From contig DKEO01000057.1 of NCBI GenBank assembly GCA_002452255.1, forward strand, positions 10,081 to 47,614: a DNA stretch of 37,534 bases, in the 5' to 3' direction. The position numbers and the translations under genes were made by a program. Position 1 is the stretch's first letter. The number at the start of each line of letters is the position of its first letter. Source of the DNA: Ferrimicrobium sp. UBA6820 (GTDB lineage Bacteria; Actinomycetota; Acidimicrobiia; Acidimicrobiales; RAAP-2). Below are positions 1 to 9,143 of the stretch, piece by piece. The notes beneath the pieces were generated by a model. It had not been told where the DNA came from and did not search any database. It saw only the letters and a list, made by a program, of their open reading frames with translations.

Positions 1-855
1 CAGATGTACGAGGAGTTCGCGAACCGCGAAGGTGACATCGTCTCGGGCACGGTTCAGCAGAACGACAACCGCTACACGTTGCTCGACCTCGGACGCGTCG
101 AGGCGTTGCTGCCCCAAGCTGAGCAGATCGCCTTCGAGCGCTACGAGCACGGCGCGCGGATCAAGGTCTACATCGTCGAGGTGCGCAAGACCAACAAGGG
201 TCCCCAGATCGTCGTGAGTCGCACGCACCCGGCGCTCGTCGCCAAGCTCTTCGAGATCGAGGTCCCCGAGATCGCCAACGGGATCGTCGAGATCAAGGCC
301 CTGGCGCGCGAACCCGGTCACCGCAGCAAGATCGCCGTCGCGTCCAACGATCAGATGGTCGACCCGGTCGGCGCGTGCGTGGGTGCGCGCGGTAGTCGCG
401 TGCGCAATATCACCAACGAACTGCGCAGCGAGCGCATCGACGTGGTTCCCTACAGCGACGACCCCATCGCCTTCATCCAGGCGGCCCTGCAGCCCGCGCG
501 CGTACGCGAGGTGCAGCTGAACGAGGAAGAGGGCATCGCCACGGTCATCGTGCACGACCAGCAGCTCTCGCTCGCCATTGGCAAGGAAGGCCAGAACGCT
601 CGACTCGCGGCACGCCTCACGGGGTGGCGCATCGACATTCGTTCCGAGAACGAGGGTGAAGAGCAAGAAGTCGTTGAAGAGGTCTGGACCGAGGGCGACG
701 TGGTGGTCGACGAGAAGGTCGTGATCGTCGAGGTGAAGGACCACAGCGACGTCGTCGTCGAGGACGTCGTGGTGAGCGACGCCGAGGGTGGCTCCGAAGA
801 GGTCGTCGCCGTCGAAGAGATCGACGAGTCGCCGGTGGCGGAGGAAGAGGCATAG
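1..855 (+). CDS. nusA: Transcription termination/antitermination factor NusA (5' truncated by window edge)
   Basis: S1 and KH motifs (AREPGHRSKIAV, DPVGACVGARGSRV, SLAIGKEGQNARLAARLTGWRIDI); frame open from base 1; acidic V/E/D-rich tail; upstream of infB. Confidence 0.97.
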   Translation, partial: QMYEEFANREGDIVSGTVQQNDNRYTLLDLGRVEALLPQAEQIAFERYEHGARIKVYIVEVRKTNKGPQIVVSRTHPALVAKLFEIEVPEIANGIVEIKALAREPGHRSKIAVASNDQMVDPVGACVGARGSRVRNITNELRSERIDVVPYSDDPIAFIQAALQPARVREVQLNEEEGIATVIVHDQQLSLAIGKEGQNARLAARLTGWRIDIRSENEGEEQEVVEEVWTEGDVVVDEKVVIVEVKDHSDVVVEDVVVSDAEGGSEEVVAVEEIDESPVAEEEA

Positions 856-1109
856 CGCCGCTTCGCACGTGCGTCGTCTGTCGAATCCGGCGCGACGACC
901 ACGAGTTGGTCCGCGCCGGACGAGACGTCAACGGTCGGTGGTACCTCGGTCGAGGTGTCGGCAGAGGAGTGTGGTGGTGTGCGAACACCGAGTGTGGTGA
1001 GGATCTGCAGAGCAGTCAGTTGGCCCGGTCGCTGCGAACAGCGGTGAGCGAAGGCGACGCGGTTGCTCTACGAGAAGTATGGAAGTCCGGTCAAGGGCCG
1101 AAGTTGTAA
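852..1109 (+). CDS. ylxR: YlxR/RnpM-family small RNA-binding protein (DUF448), probable ATA start
   Basis: Frame reads (I)APLRTCVVCR...GRGVWWCANTEC, matching PxRtCxxCR and GRGxxxC motifs; canonical nusA-ylxR-infB position; GGAGG at 840-844. Confidence 0.8.
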   Translation: MAPLRTCVVCRIRRDDHELVRAGRDVNGRWYLGRGVGRGVWWCANTECGEDLQSSQLARSLRTAVSEGDAVALREVWKSGQGPKL

Positions 1110-1180
1110 AAGAACGAAGTTGTGAAAGAATACGTAACTGTGTTCGCTTGAAGTGCGAGCACTTGAATTAAGGGAACGTT

Positions 1181-3913
1181 TTGGCGCAAAAGAAGATCCG
1201 GGTGCACGAGCTCTCCAAAGAGCTCGGTATGACGAGCAAAGAGTTACTGGCGCTCGCCCAAAAACTGGGCATCGGTGCCTCGAGCCCTTCGGCCTCGATC
1301 GAAGACGCCCAGGCGGACCGCATCCGTCGGCGCGCCGACGCCGACGGCCTGCGTCGCCAAGTCCAGCCCGAGGAGGCCACCAAGGCCGCCAAGACGGTGA
1401 AGGCGGTCAAGGCAACCGCCGCGAGCCACACGCCCGCGCCCGCACCCGCGCCGCCCGCGCCCGCGCCGATCGAGGCCTCCAGTCCGCCCCGAGCGTCGCG
1501 CGTCATTGTCCCGCCCGCCGCAAGTGCGACGCCGCCCTCGAGCGAAGCGGCAGTGGTCGCCGAGCCCACGCCCGAGGCGCCCAAGGTGGTGCGCAGTCGC
1601 GCGGCCGTTCCGAAACCTACGCCCACGCGTGCGGCATCGCCCGATGGTCCCACCACGATCCGCCCGACCCAGCGCGGTGCGGGCGGCGACGGTGAAGGCG
1701 GCGCCTCGACGCGTCCGCCCCTCAGTTCCTCTGGTCGTCCGATCCCACCGCCTCCCGGTCGACCTCTTAGTTCCTCGGGTCGCCCGATCCCTCCGCCGCC
1801 GGGGGCGCGTCGACCAATGTCGCCCGGTGGACCGAGTCGAGCACCGGGGGCGACCGGTTCTCGTCCCATGAGCGCCCGTCCTTCTTCGGGTCCGCCGCGA
1901 AGCGGCGCCCCCTCGAGGCCCGGAGGCGCGTCCACGGGATTCGGCGGTCCACGCACGGGTGCACCCACCACGGGTGCGCCGTCCGGTCCCGGTCGCGGTG
2001 CTCCCTCAGGTCGCGGTACCGGTGGTCCGAGAGGATCGCAGCGAAAGACCACGCGTCGTCGTCGTCGCAACGTCGAAGAGCTCGAGCCGACCCAGATGAC
2101 CACCTGGCAGCCCAGCAGCGCGCCGGTGCCCGAGGGCGAGATCATCATCGAGCGAGGTTCGACCGCCAAAGACGTGGGGCCCAAGCTCAATCGCAGTGCC
2201 GCGGACATCATCCGCTTCCTCTTCCTCCAGGGCGAGATCGTCACCGCGGTCCAGGGCCTCAGTGACGACATGATCGAGCTCTACGCCGCCGAGGTGGGTG
2301 CGGCCGTGCGTCTGGTCGATCCCGGCGAACAACAAGAGGCCGCGCTCCTGGCCAAGTTCTTTGACGAGGACGACCAGGACGACGAGATCCCGGCCGAACC
2401 CCGTCCGCCGATCGTGACCGTCATGGGCCACGTCGACCACGGCAAGACGCTGTTGCTCGACAAGATCCGAAAGACCAACGTGGTCGCGGGCGAAGCCGGT
2501 GGCATCACCCAACACATCGGCGCCTACCGCGTGATGTGGAAGGGAAGGGCCATCGCCTTTCTCGACACGCCCGGTCACGAGGCCTTCACGGCGATGCGCG
2601 CACGTGGCGCGAACGTCACCGACATCGTGATCCTCGTCGTCGCTGCTGACGACGGGGTCATGCCCCAGACGGTCGAGGCGATCAACCACGCCAAGGCCGC
2701 CGGTGTCCCGTTGATCGTCGCCGTGAACAAGATGGACAAGGCCGACGCCAATCCCGACCGCATCCTCCAACAGATCAGCGACTACGGACTCGTGCCCGAG
2801 AAGTGGGGCGGCGACACGATCGTCGTCGAGATCTCTGCTCTGCAGGGCACGGGCATCGACGAATTGCTCGAGCAGGTCCTCCTGCTCGCCGACATCGCCG
2901 AACTGACCGCTCGTCCGACGGGACGCGCGGTGGGCACGGTGCTCGAGGCGAACCTCGAAGTGGGCCGCGGCCCCGTCGCGACGGTCATGATCCAAAAGGG
3001 TCTGCTAGAGGTCGGCGACCCCGTCGTGGCTGGCGCCGCGTTCGGCAAGGTGAAGGCGCTGATCGACGACCAGGGCCAGCAAATCAAGAGCGCCGGTCCC
3101 TCGACGCCCGTGCAGATCCTCGGCTTCAGCGAGCCACCCTTCGCGGGCGACGAGATGCGCGTCGCCCACGACCTCGCGCACGCGAGGTCCCTCGCCGAGG
3201 CGCGAGCACATCGGGCCCGGCTCATTGGTCACCAGCCCGTCGCGTCGGCCAGCGGCGCTCGCCTCGAGGACCTCTTCGAGCAGATCCAACGCGGCGAGAC
3301 CGCCACGCTCAACGTTGTTCTGAAGGCCGACGTGCAGGGTTCGCTCGAGGCCTGCACCGAATCGCTGCGCAAACTCGAGCGCGACGACGTCAAACTCGTC
3401 ATCGTGCATCGCGGCGTAGGTGGCATCACCGAGAACGACGTGCAATTGGCCAAGGCCTCGAACGCCACGATCATTGGCTTTAACGTGCGTCCGGATAAGC
3501 GCAGTCGTGAACTGGCCGAGGCCGAGGGCGTCGAGGTACGTACCTACGAGATCATCTACAAATTGATCGAGGAGATCGAGGCCGCGATGCTCGGACTGTT
3601 GTCGCCGGTCTTCGAAGAGATCGTCACCGGCGAGGCCGAGGTGCGCGAGATCTTCCGGGTGCCCAAGATCGGCGCGATCGCGGGTTGTTTCGTGCGCGAT
3701 GGCGTCATCACTCGCGGCTCGAAGGTCCGCTTCCTTCGCGAGGGGACCATCATCTGGAAGGGCTCGATCACGTCGCTTCGTCGATTCAAGGACGACGCGC
3801 GTGAGGTGCAGGCTGGCTTCGAGTGCGGTATCGGGCTTTCCGACTACCAGGACTTGAAGGAAGGCGACGTCATCGAGACCTTCGAAGAGCGCGAGATTCC
3901 CCGAACGGCCTAG
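1181..3913 (+). CDS. infB: Translation initiation factor IF-2
   Basis: N-terminal [10 protein letters not shown]; G-domain [20 protein letters not shown]; C-terminal GFECGI; TTG start after AAGGGA. Confidence 0.99.
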   Translation: MAQKKIRVHELSKELGMTSKELLALAQKLGIGASSPSASIEDAQADRIRRRADADGLRRQVQPEEATKAAKTVKAVKATAASHTPAPAPAPPAPAPIEASSPPRASRVIVPPAASATPPSSEAAVVAEPTPEAPKVVRSRAAVPKPTPTRAASPDGPTTIRPTQRGAGGDGEGGASTRPPLSSSGRPIPPPPGRPLSSSGRPIPPPPGARRPMSPGGPSRAPGATGSRPMSARPSSGPPRSGAPSRPGGASTGFGGPRTGAPTTGAPSGPGRGAPSGRGTGGPRGSQRKTTRRRRRNVEELEPTQMTTWQPSSAPVPEGEIIIERGSTAKDVGPKLNRSAADIIRFLFLQGEIVTAVQGLSDDMIELYAAEVGAAVRLVDPGEQQEAALLAKFFDEDDQDDEIPAEPRPPIVTVMGHVDHGKTLLLDKIRKTNVVAGEAGGITQHIGAYRVMWKGRAIAFLDTPGHEAFTAMRARGANVTDIVILVVAADDGVMPQTVEAINHAKAAGVPLIVAVNKMDKADANPDRILQQISDYGLVPEKWGGDTIVVEISALQGTGIDELLEQVLLLADIAELTARPTGRAVGTVLEANLEVGRGPVATVMIQKGLLEVGDPVVAGAAFGKVKALIDDQGQQIKSAGPSTPVQILGFSEPPFAGDEMRVAHDLAHARSLAEARAHRARLIGHQPVASASGARLEDLFEQIQRGETATLNVVLKADVQGSLEACTESLRKLERDDVKLVIVHRGVGGITENDVQLAKASNATIIGFNVRPDKRSRELAEAEGVEVRTYEIIYKLIEEIEAAMLGLLSPVFEEIVTGEAEVREIFRVPKIGAIAGCFVRDGVITRGSKVRFLREGTIIWKGSITSLRRFKDDAREVQAGFECGIGLSDYQDLKEGDVIETFEEREIPRTA
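1718..1804 (+). repeat. Two-copy coding repeat [14 protein letters not shown] (45-nt period) in the IF-2 low-complexity linker
   Basis: Identical 14-aa peptide at 1718-1759 and 1763-1804 with synonymous codon differences. Confidence 0.85.
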
Positions 3914-3916
3914 GTC

Positions 3917-4279
3917 ATGGCCCACTCGACCGGCGGTCGCCATCCGTACCCTCGCAGCGCGAGGGTGAACCAGATCCTTCGCGAGGTCATCTCGGACGAG
4001 TTGCTGCGCATCTCGGACGTCGACGAGCGGCTCGGCCTGCTGACGGTCACGGGCGTGGAGACGACGCCGGACATGCGCCAGGCCATGGTCTACCTCGATT
4101 CGTTGAGCGATGATTCACGAGTCGCGCTCGAAGAGCGCCGCGCCCAGATTCAAGGAGCGGTGAACGCGCAGACCCGTCTCAAGCGCACGCCCAAGCTGTC
4201 GTTCATGGCGGACCCGGCCGTCGCGAGCGGGACCGCCGTCGAGGAAATTCTGCGTCGGCAGCGACATGACGACGAGTAA
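3917..4279 (+). CDS. rbfA: Ribosome-binding factor A
   Basis: R..RVNQILREVIS, LLTVTGVETTPDMRQA, RLKRTPKLSF; follows infB. Confidence 0.96.
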   Translation: MAHSTGGRHPYPRSARVNQILREVISDELLRISDVDERLGLLTVTGVETTPDMRQAMVYLDSLSDDSRVALEERRAQIQGAVNAQTRLKRTPKLSFMADPAVASGTAVEEILRRQRHDDE

Positions 4280-5168
4280 CGGACTGCTCCTGATCGACAA
4301 GCCCCAGGGCATCACCAGTCACGACGTCGTGGCTCGAGTGCGCCTGGAACTCGGCGAGCGCCGCGTCGGACACGCGGGCACGCTCGACCCGATGGCGACC
4401 GGACTGCTCGTGCTGGCGGTAGGTCCTTCGACGCGCTTGCTGCGTTTCGCCCAATCCGAGACCAAGCGCTACAGCGGGACGGTCACCTTGGGAATCGCCA
4501 CCGATTCGCTCGACGCCGACGGACAGGTACTCGAAGAACGCGCCGTGCCGACACTCGATGAGTCCGAGGTGCGCGAGGCCGCGAACGCGATGATCGGAGC
4601 CCAACGCCAGACGCCACCCATGGTCTCGGCGCTGAAGGTCGGCGGACGTCGGCTGCACGCGCTCGCGCGCGAGGGTCTTGAGGTCGAACGTGCGCCACGC
4701 GATATCACCGTCAGCGAGTTCAGCCTTCGCGCCACCGGCGTTGCCGAGGTCTGGGAGTTCGACGTCACTTGCTCGGTGGGCACCTACGTGCGTGTGCTCT
4801 TGAGTGACCTCGCCGCCCGCCTGGGTACGATTGGCCACCTTTCCTCGCTGCGCCGTCTCGCGAGCGGTGAACACGACGTCAAGGACGCCTTGACGTTGTT
4901 GGCGTTCAAACAGGCGCTCGCACAGGGCGACGAGGTGCTCAAGAGTCCTCGCCTCTTCGTGACGGGCCTCGAACACGCGTCGCTCAGTGCCGACCAGGAG
5001 AGGCGCGTGCGAATGGGCCAGCACCTCGAACTCGAGGGCGTCTTCCGGGGCGATGAGATTGCGGCGATCGCCGAAGACGCCAGACTGATCGGCGTCCTGC
5101 GTCGGCGAGGTGAGAAGTGGAAACCAGAGGTCGTGCTCACGACCGACGCCGCGTCCGGGTCGCGCTAG
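4266..5168 (+). CDS. truB: tRNA pseudouridine(55) synthase
   Basis: DKPQGITSHDVV, GHAGTLDPMATG, CSVGTYVR motifs. Confidence 0.97.
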   Translation: MTTSNGLLLIDKPQGITSHDVVARVRLELGERRVGHAGTLDPMATGLLVLAVGPSTRLLRFAQSETKRYSGTVTLGIATDSLDADGQVLEERAVPTLDESEVREAANAMIGAQRQTPPMVSALKVGGRRLHALAREGLEVERAPRDITVSEFSLRATGVAEVWEFDVTCSVGTYVRVLLSDLAARLGTIGHLSSLRRLASGEHDVKDALTLLAFKQALAQGDEVLKSPRLFVTGLEHASLSADQERRVRMGQHLELEGVFRGDEIAAIAEDARLIGVLRRRGEKWKPEVVLTTDAASGSR

Positions 5169-5178
5169 GTTGTCGCCG

Positions 5179-6129
5179 ATGCATATCCTGCGCGACGGTG
5201 ACCCTCCGGTGACCCACTCGAGTGCCGTGGCAATCGGCGTCTTTGACGGACTGCACGTCGGTCACCAGAAGATCATCGCGCGACTCGGTGAGATCGCGCG
5301 ACGCCACCGGGCCCGCGCGACCGTCGTCACGTTTGATCCGCACCCCGCGACGGTGCTCGCGCCCGAACGTGCGCCGTTGCTCATTGGCTCACTCGACCAG
5401 CGGCTCGAGGGTCTGGAACGTCTGGGCGTCGAACAGGTGCGCATCGTGAGCTTTGACGAAGTCTTGGCCCGTGAGAGCGCCACGTCCTTCGTCGAGCGCG
5501 TATTGGTCAAGGAGCTCCAGACCCGTCACGTCGTCGTCGGCGAAGACTTCCACTTTGGTCACAATCGTGAGGGCAACGTCGCGCTCTTAGAGCAACTGGG
5601 CGAACAACATCGCTTCGAGGTCCATCCGGCACCGATTTTTGGCGACGGCGTTCGCTGGAGTTCGACGTCGGTGCGCGAATCGCTCCAGTCGGGAGACCTC
5701 ACGCTGGCGAACAAGATTCTCGGGCGTCCTTTCACCCTGCGCGCCACGGTGGTGCACGGTGACGCGCGGGGCCGAGAACTCGGTTTTCCCACGGCGAACC
5801 TGAAGTTCTCGAGCGCTCACCTGATGCCGGGCATTGGCATCTACGCGGGCGCCGCGAGGGCCGAGGGCGAGTGGTGGGCGGGTGCGGTCTCGGTGGGCAC
5901 GCGCCCCCAGTTCTACGACGACGGCTCAGTGCTCGTCGAGGTGCACTTGGCAGGATTTGGCGGCGATCTCTATGATTCGGTGCTCGACGTGGCGTTCTTA
6001 GAGCACCTACGAGGCGAGATGGTCTACGAGGACCTGGGCGAACTGGTCAAGCAGATCGAGCGCGACGTCGAGCAGACCATTGCAATCTTCGGGGAATTTA
6101 CGCCCTCCGCGAACGTGCTGCTAGGATAG
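5179..6129 (+). CDS. ribF: Bifunctional riboflavin kinase/FAD synthetase
   Basis: GVFDGLHVGH, GEDFHFG, GRELGFPTAN, VEVHL; start moved to ATG 5179, 7 nt after TAGGTT. Confidence 0.96.
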   Translation: MHILRDGDPPVTHSSAVAIGVFDGLHVGHQKIIARLGEIARRHRARATVVTFDPHPATVLAPERAPLLIGSLDQRLEGLERLGVEQVRIVSFDEVLARESATSFVERVLVKELQTRHVVVGEDFHFGHNREGNVALLEQLGEQHRFEVHPAPIFGDGVRWSSTSVRESLQSGDLTLANKILGRPFTLRATVVHGDARGRELGFPTANLKFSSAHLMPGIGIYAGAARAEGEWWAGAVSVGTRPQFYDDGSVLVEVHLAGFGGDLYDSVLDVAFLEHLRGEMVYEDLGELVKQIERDVEQTIAIFGEFTPSANVLLG

Positions 6130-6212
6130 GTCTTCGGTCAGCGACGCTGATCATGTGGGTCGTCAAGTGGGCGGCTCGCGCCAAGACCCCCGACTCATAA
6201 GGCACGTACGTT
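6119..6212 (+). promoter_or_regulatory. Extended -10 promoter (TGcTAGGAT) and structured ~80-nt rpsO leader
   Basis: TGCTAGGAT at 6119-6127; stems GGTCAGC/GCTGATC and GGGTC/GACCC before the rpsO ATG. Confidence 0.45.
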
Positions 6213-6470
6213 ATGGCTGAGAAGCAGCAGATCATCAAGGACTTTCAGGCCCACGCCACGGACACGGGTTCGCCCGAGGTCCAAATCGCGATCCTGACGG
6301 ACCGGATCACGCATCTCACCGAGCACCTCAAGACCCACAAGGGTGATCATCACACCCGACGTGGACTCATGAAGCTCATCGGCCAACGTCGCCGTCTGCT
6401 CGATTACGTGCAGCGCGGCAACGTCGAGCGCTATCGAGCATTGATCGGTCGACTCGGCATTCGTCGCTAG
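6213..6470 (+). CDS. rpsO: 30S ribosomal protein S15
   Basis: [33 protein letters not shown]. Confidence 0.99.
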   Translation: MAEKQQIIKDFQAHATDTGSPEVQIAILTDRITHLTEHLKTHKGDHHTRRGLMKLIGQRRRLLDYVQRGNVERYRALIGRLGIRR

Positions 6471-6476
6471 CCGATA

Positions 6477-6580
6477 TGCGCGTCGAGCCTCGACGCGCAC
6501 AACATATCCGAGGCCTCGGAGGCCAGTGGAGAACAGTCGCTCACGCGAAGGTTGCCCACTGGGATCCGGGCGGAGTGTTG
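6477..6580 (+). promoter_or_regulatory. rpsO-pnp intergenic hairpins (perfect 10-bp stem plus long irregular stem, putative RNase III site)
   Basis: TGCGCGTCGA-gcc-TCGACGCGCA at 6477-6499; nested pairings 6500-6510/6571-6580, 6515-6520/6565-6570 and CCAGTGG/CCACTGG 6523-6529/6556-6562. Confidence 0.6.
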
Positions 6581-6599
6581 CTACACACAAGGAGATTCC

Positions 6600-9071
6600 A
6601 TGACTGACGCAATCCGCGTAAGTAGCCCGATAACGGGCACCGACAAGACTTTGAGTTTCGAAGCAGGTCACCTCGCACAACTCGCCGACGGGGCGGTCCT
6701 CGCTCGCATCGGTGACACGATGTTATTGGCGACCGTCGCCGCGTCGCGAGGCGTGCGCGAAGGCACCGACTTCTTCCCGCTCACGGTCGACATTGAAGAG
6801 CGCGCGTACGCCGCGGGAAAGATTCCCGGGGCGTTCTTTCGTCGCGAAGGTAAGTTGTCGGACCAGGCGATCCTGATCTGTCGACTTATCGACCGACCGC
6901 TGCGTCCTTCTTTTCCCAAGGGCTTTCGCAACGAGGTCCAGGTCGTCGGCACCATCTTCAGCGCCGACCAGGAGAACCCCCACGACATCCTCGCCATCAA
7001 CGCCGCGTCCGCGGCCCTGATGATCTCGGGGATACCCTTTGACGGCCCCATCGGCGCGGTGCGCATGGCGTACACCACCGACGGGGAGTGGGTGGCGCAC
7101 CCCACCTTCCAAGAGGGCGACGCCGCGACGTTCGAACTCGTGGTCGCGGGACGGGCCCTGAGCGACTCGGTCGAATCCGACGTCGCCATCATGATGGTCG
7201 AAGCCGGAGGTACCGAGGGCTCGTTCGTCAAGTACGCCGACGGAGCCCCCAAGGTGAGTGAGGAAGTCCTCGCCGCCGGTCTCGAGGCATCCAAGCTCTG
7301 GATCCGCGAGGCGATCAACCTGCAGCGCGAACTGGTCAGGGACTTCATCGCGGCGCGCGGACCGATCAAGACGCTCGACTTCGTCGCCCAGCTCGACTAC
7401 CACGACGACGTCTACGCGCGCGTCGAGGCCGTTGGTCTGGACGCGCTGACCGCGGCGAACAAGCTCACGACCAAGGCCGCGCGCAACGACGCGCTCGACG
7501 CCGCGACCGCTTCGATCATCGAGCAGTTGTCGGGTGAATTCGAAGGTCGCACGAGTGAGATCAAGCCAGCCGTGAGGTCCCTGACCAAGAAGCTCGTGCG
7601 CCGGCGCATCGTCGACGACGGTGTACGTATCGACGGACGCGCGATCACCGATCTGCGTCCGCTCTCGGCTGAACTCGACCTCTTTCCCATGACCCACGGG
7701 TCGGCGCTGTTCCAGCGCGGCGAGACTCAGGTCGTGAACGTCACCACCCTGGGCATGCCGCGCATGAAGCAGCAGATTGACTCGATCACGCCCGACGAGT
7801 TCCGTCGCTACATGCACCACTACAACTTCCCGCCCTACTCAACGGGTGAGACCGGTCGCGTGGGCGCACCCAAGCGCCGCGAGGTCGGCCACGGCATGTT
7901 GGCCGAGCGCGCGCTCGTGCCGGTGCTACCCAGCGAAGAGGAGTTCGCCTACACGCTGCGCGTCGTTTCTGACGTCATGCAGTCCAACGGCTCGACGTCG
8001 ATGGCCTCGGTCTGCGGGTCAACGCTCTCGCTGATGGCGGCGGGCGTGCCGATCAAGGCGCCGGTCGCGGGAATCGCGATGGGCCTCGTCTACGACGAGG
8101 GTACCTACGTCACCCTGACCGACATCCTCGGCGCCGAGGATGCCTTCGGCGACATGGACTTCAAGGTCGCCGGTACCGCGGACGCGGTGACCGCGCTGCA
8201 ACTTGACACCAAGATCGACGGGCTACCCGCCGACGTGCTGGCCAAGGCCCTGCACCAGGCCAAGGAAGCACGTCTGACGATCTTGAAGCTCATCACCGAC
8301 ACGATTCCCGAGCCGCGCAGCCACGTCGCTGACGTCGCGCCCAAGATCGTCTCGATGGAGATCCCGATCGACAAGATCGGCGAAGTCATCGGGCCCAAGG
8401 GCAAGGTCATCAACACCCTTCAACAAGAGACTGGCGCGGACATCGCGGTGGACGACGACGGGGTCGTCGGGACCGTGACCATCGGGGCCAAGGACGGACG
8501 CGCGGTCGAGGAAGCTCGCCGTCGTATTGCCCTGATCCTCGATCCCCCCACGCCCGAGGTCGGCGCGACCTATCCGGGCCGCGTGGTGAACATCGCCAAG
8601 TTCGGCGCGTTCATCAGCATCATGCCGGGTCGCGACGGGTTGTTGCACATCTCCAAGATGTCGCCGCTCAACGGTGGCAAGCGCATCGGACAGGTCGAAG
8701 ACGTCGTCGAACTCGGCCAGGCCCTCGAAGTGAAGGTCGACGACATCGACCCCCAGGGCAAGGTGTCGCTCTCACTCGCGGGTGAGTACGCGGGCATGAG
8801 CGACGACGACGCGCCCCGATCACGTCCGGAGCGAGGCGAGCGTCCTGAGCGCTCCGGCTCGAGCGACCGACCACCGCGTGACCGGCCGGAACGCTCCGAG
8901 CGTCCCAGCCGCGACCGAGAGGTCGCCTCGCACGCGAAGCCGAATTCATCGTTCGAGGCTTCCTTCGAGGCCGAGCTCGCCGACGAGATCGGTGACCTCG
9001 GACCTGGCGGTCCGTCATTTTCCGACGGCGACGGCGCCGGACGTCGTAGTCCCCGCCCGCGACGCCGCTAG
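6600..9071 (+). CDS. pnp: Polyribonucleotide nucleotidyltransferase (PNPase)
   Basis: DFFPLTVD, RLIDRPLRP, HHYNFPPYSTGE, SNGSTSMAS, GDMDFKVAG, KH and S1 domains; AAGGAG RBS at 6589-6594. Confidence 0.99.
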   Translation: MTDAIRVSSPITGTDKTLSFEAGHLAQLADGAVLARIGDTMLLATVAASRGVREGTDFFPLTVDIEERAYAAGKIPGAFFRREGKLSDQAILICRLIDRPLRPSFPKGFRNEVQVVGTIFSADQENPHDILAINAASAALMISGIPFDGPIGAVRMAYTTDGEWVAHPTFQEGDAATFELVVAGRALSDSVESDVAIMMVEAGGTEGSFVKYADGAPKVSEEVLAAGLEASKLWIREAINLQRELVRDFIAARGPIKTLDFVAQLDYHDDVYARVEAVGLDALTAANKLTTKAARNDALDAATASIIEQLSGEFEGRTSEIKPAVRSLTKKLVRRRIVDDGVRIDGRAITDLRPLSAELDLFPMTHGSALFQRGETQVVNVTTLGMPRMKQQIDSITPDEFRRYMHHYNFPPYSTGETGRVGAPKRREVGHGMLAERALVPVLPSEEEFAYTLRVVSDVMQSNGSTSMASVCGSTLSLMAAGVPIKAPVAGIAMGLVYDEGTYVTLTDILGAEDAFGDMDFKVAGTADAVTALQLDTKIDGLPADVLAKALHQAKEARLTILKLITDTIPEPRSHVADVAPKIVSMEIPIDKIGEVIGPKGKVINTLQQETGADIAVDDDGVVGTVTIGAKDGRAVEEARRRIALILDPPTPEVGATYPGRVVNIAKFGAFISIMPGRDGLLHISKMSPLNGGKRIGQVEDVVELGQALEVKVDDIDPQGKVSLSLAGEYAGMSDDDAPRSRPERGERPERSGSSDRPPRDRPERSERPSRDREVASHAKPNSSFEASFEAELADEIGDLGPGGPSFSDGDGAGRRSPRPRRR

Positions 9072-9079
9072 TCAACACC

Positions 9080-9125
9080 GCCGTGCCGCTCAGTCGAAGT
9101 GACTGGGTGGCACGGCTTCGTGTTT
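9080..9125 (+). terminator. Intrinsic terminator after pnp
   Basis: 16-bp stem GCCGTGCCGCTCAGTC/GACTGGGTGGCACGGC (2 G-U), 5-nt loop, then TTCGTGTTT. Confidence 0.8.
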
Positions 9126-9143
9126 CCTACGTAGCGTAAGAAG

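Noticed and set aside
1168-3943. Long antisense ORFs opposite infB (and similarly opposite pnp, rnj, ftsK, hflX)
   Set aside because: Expected shadows of high-GC codon usage; no motifs or start signals
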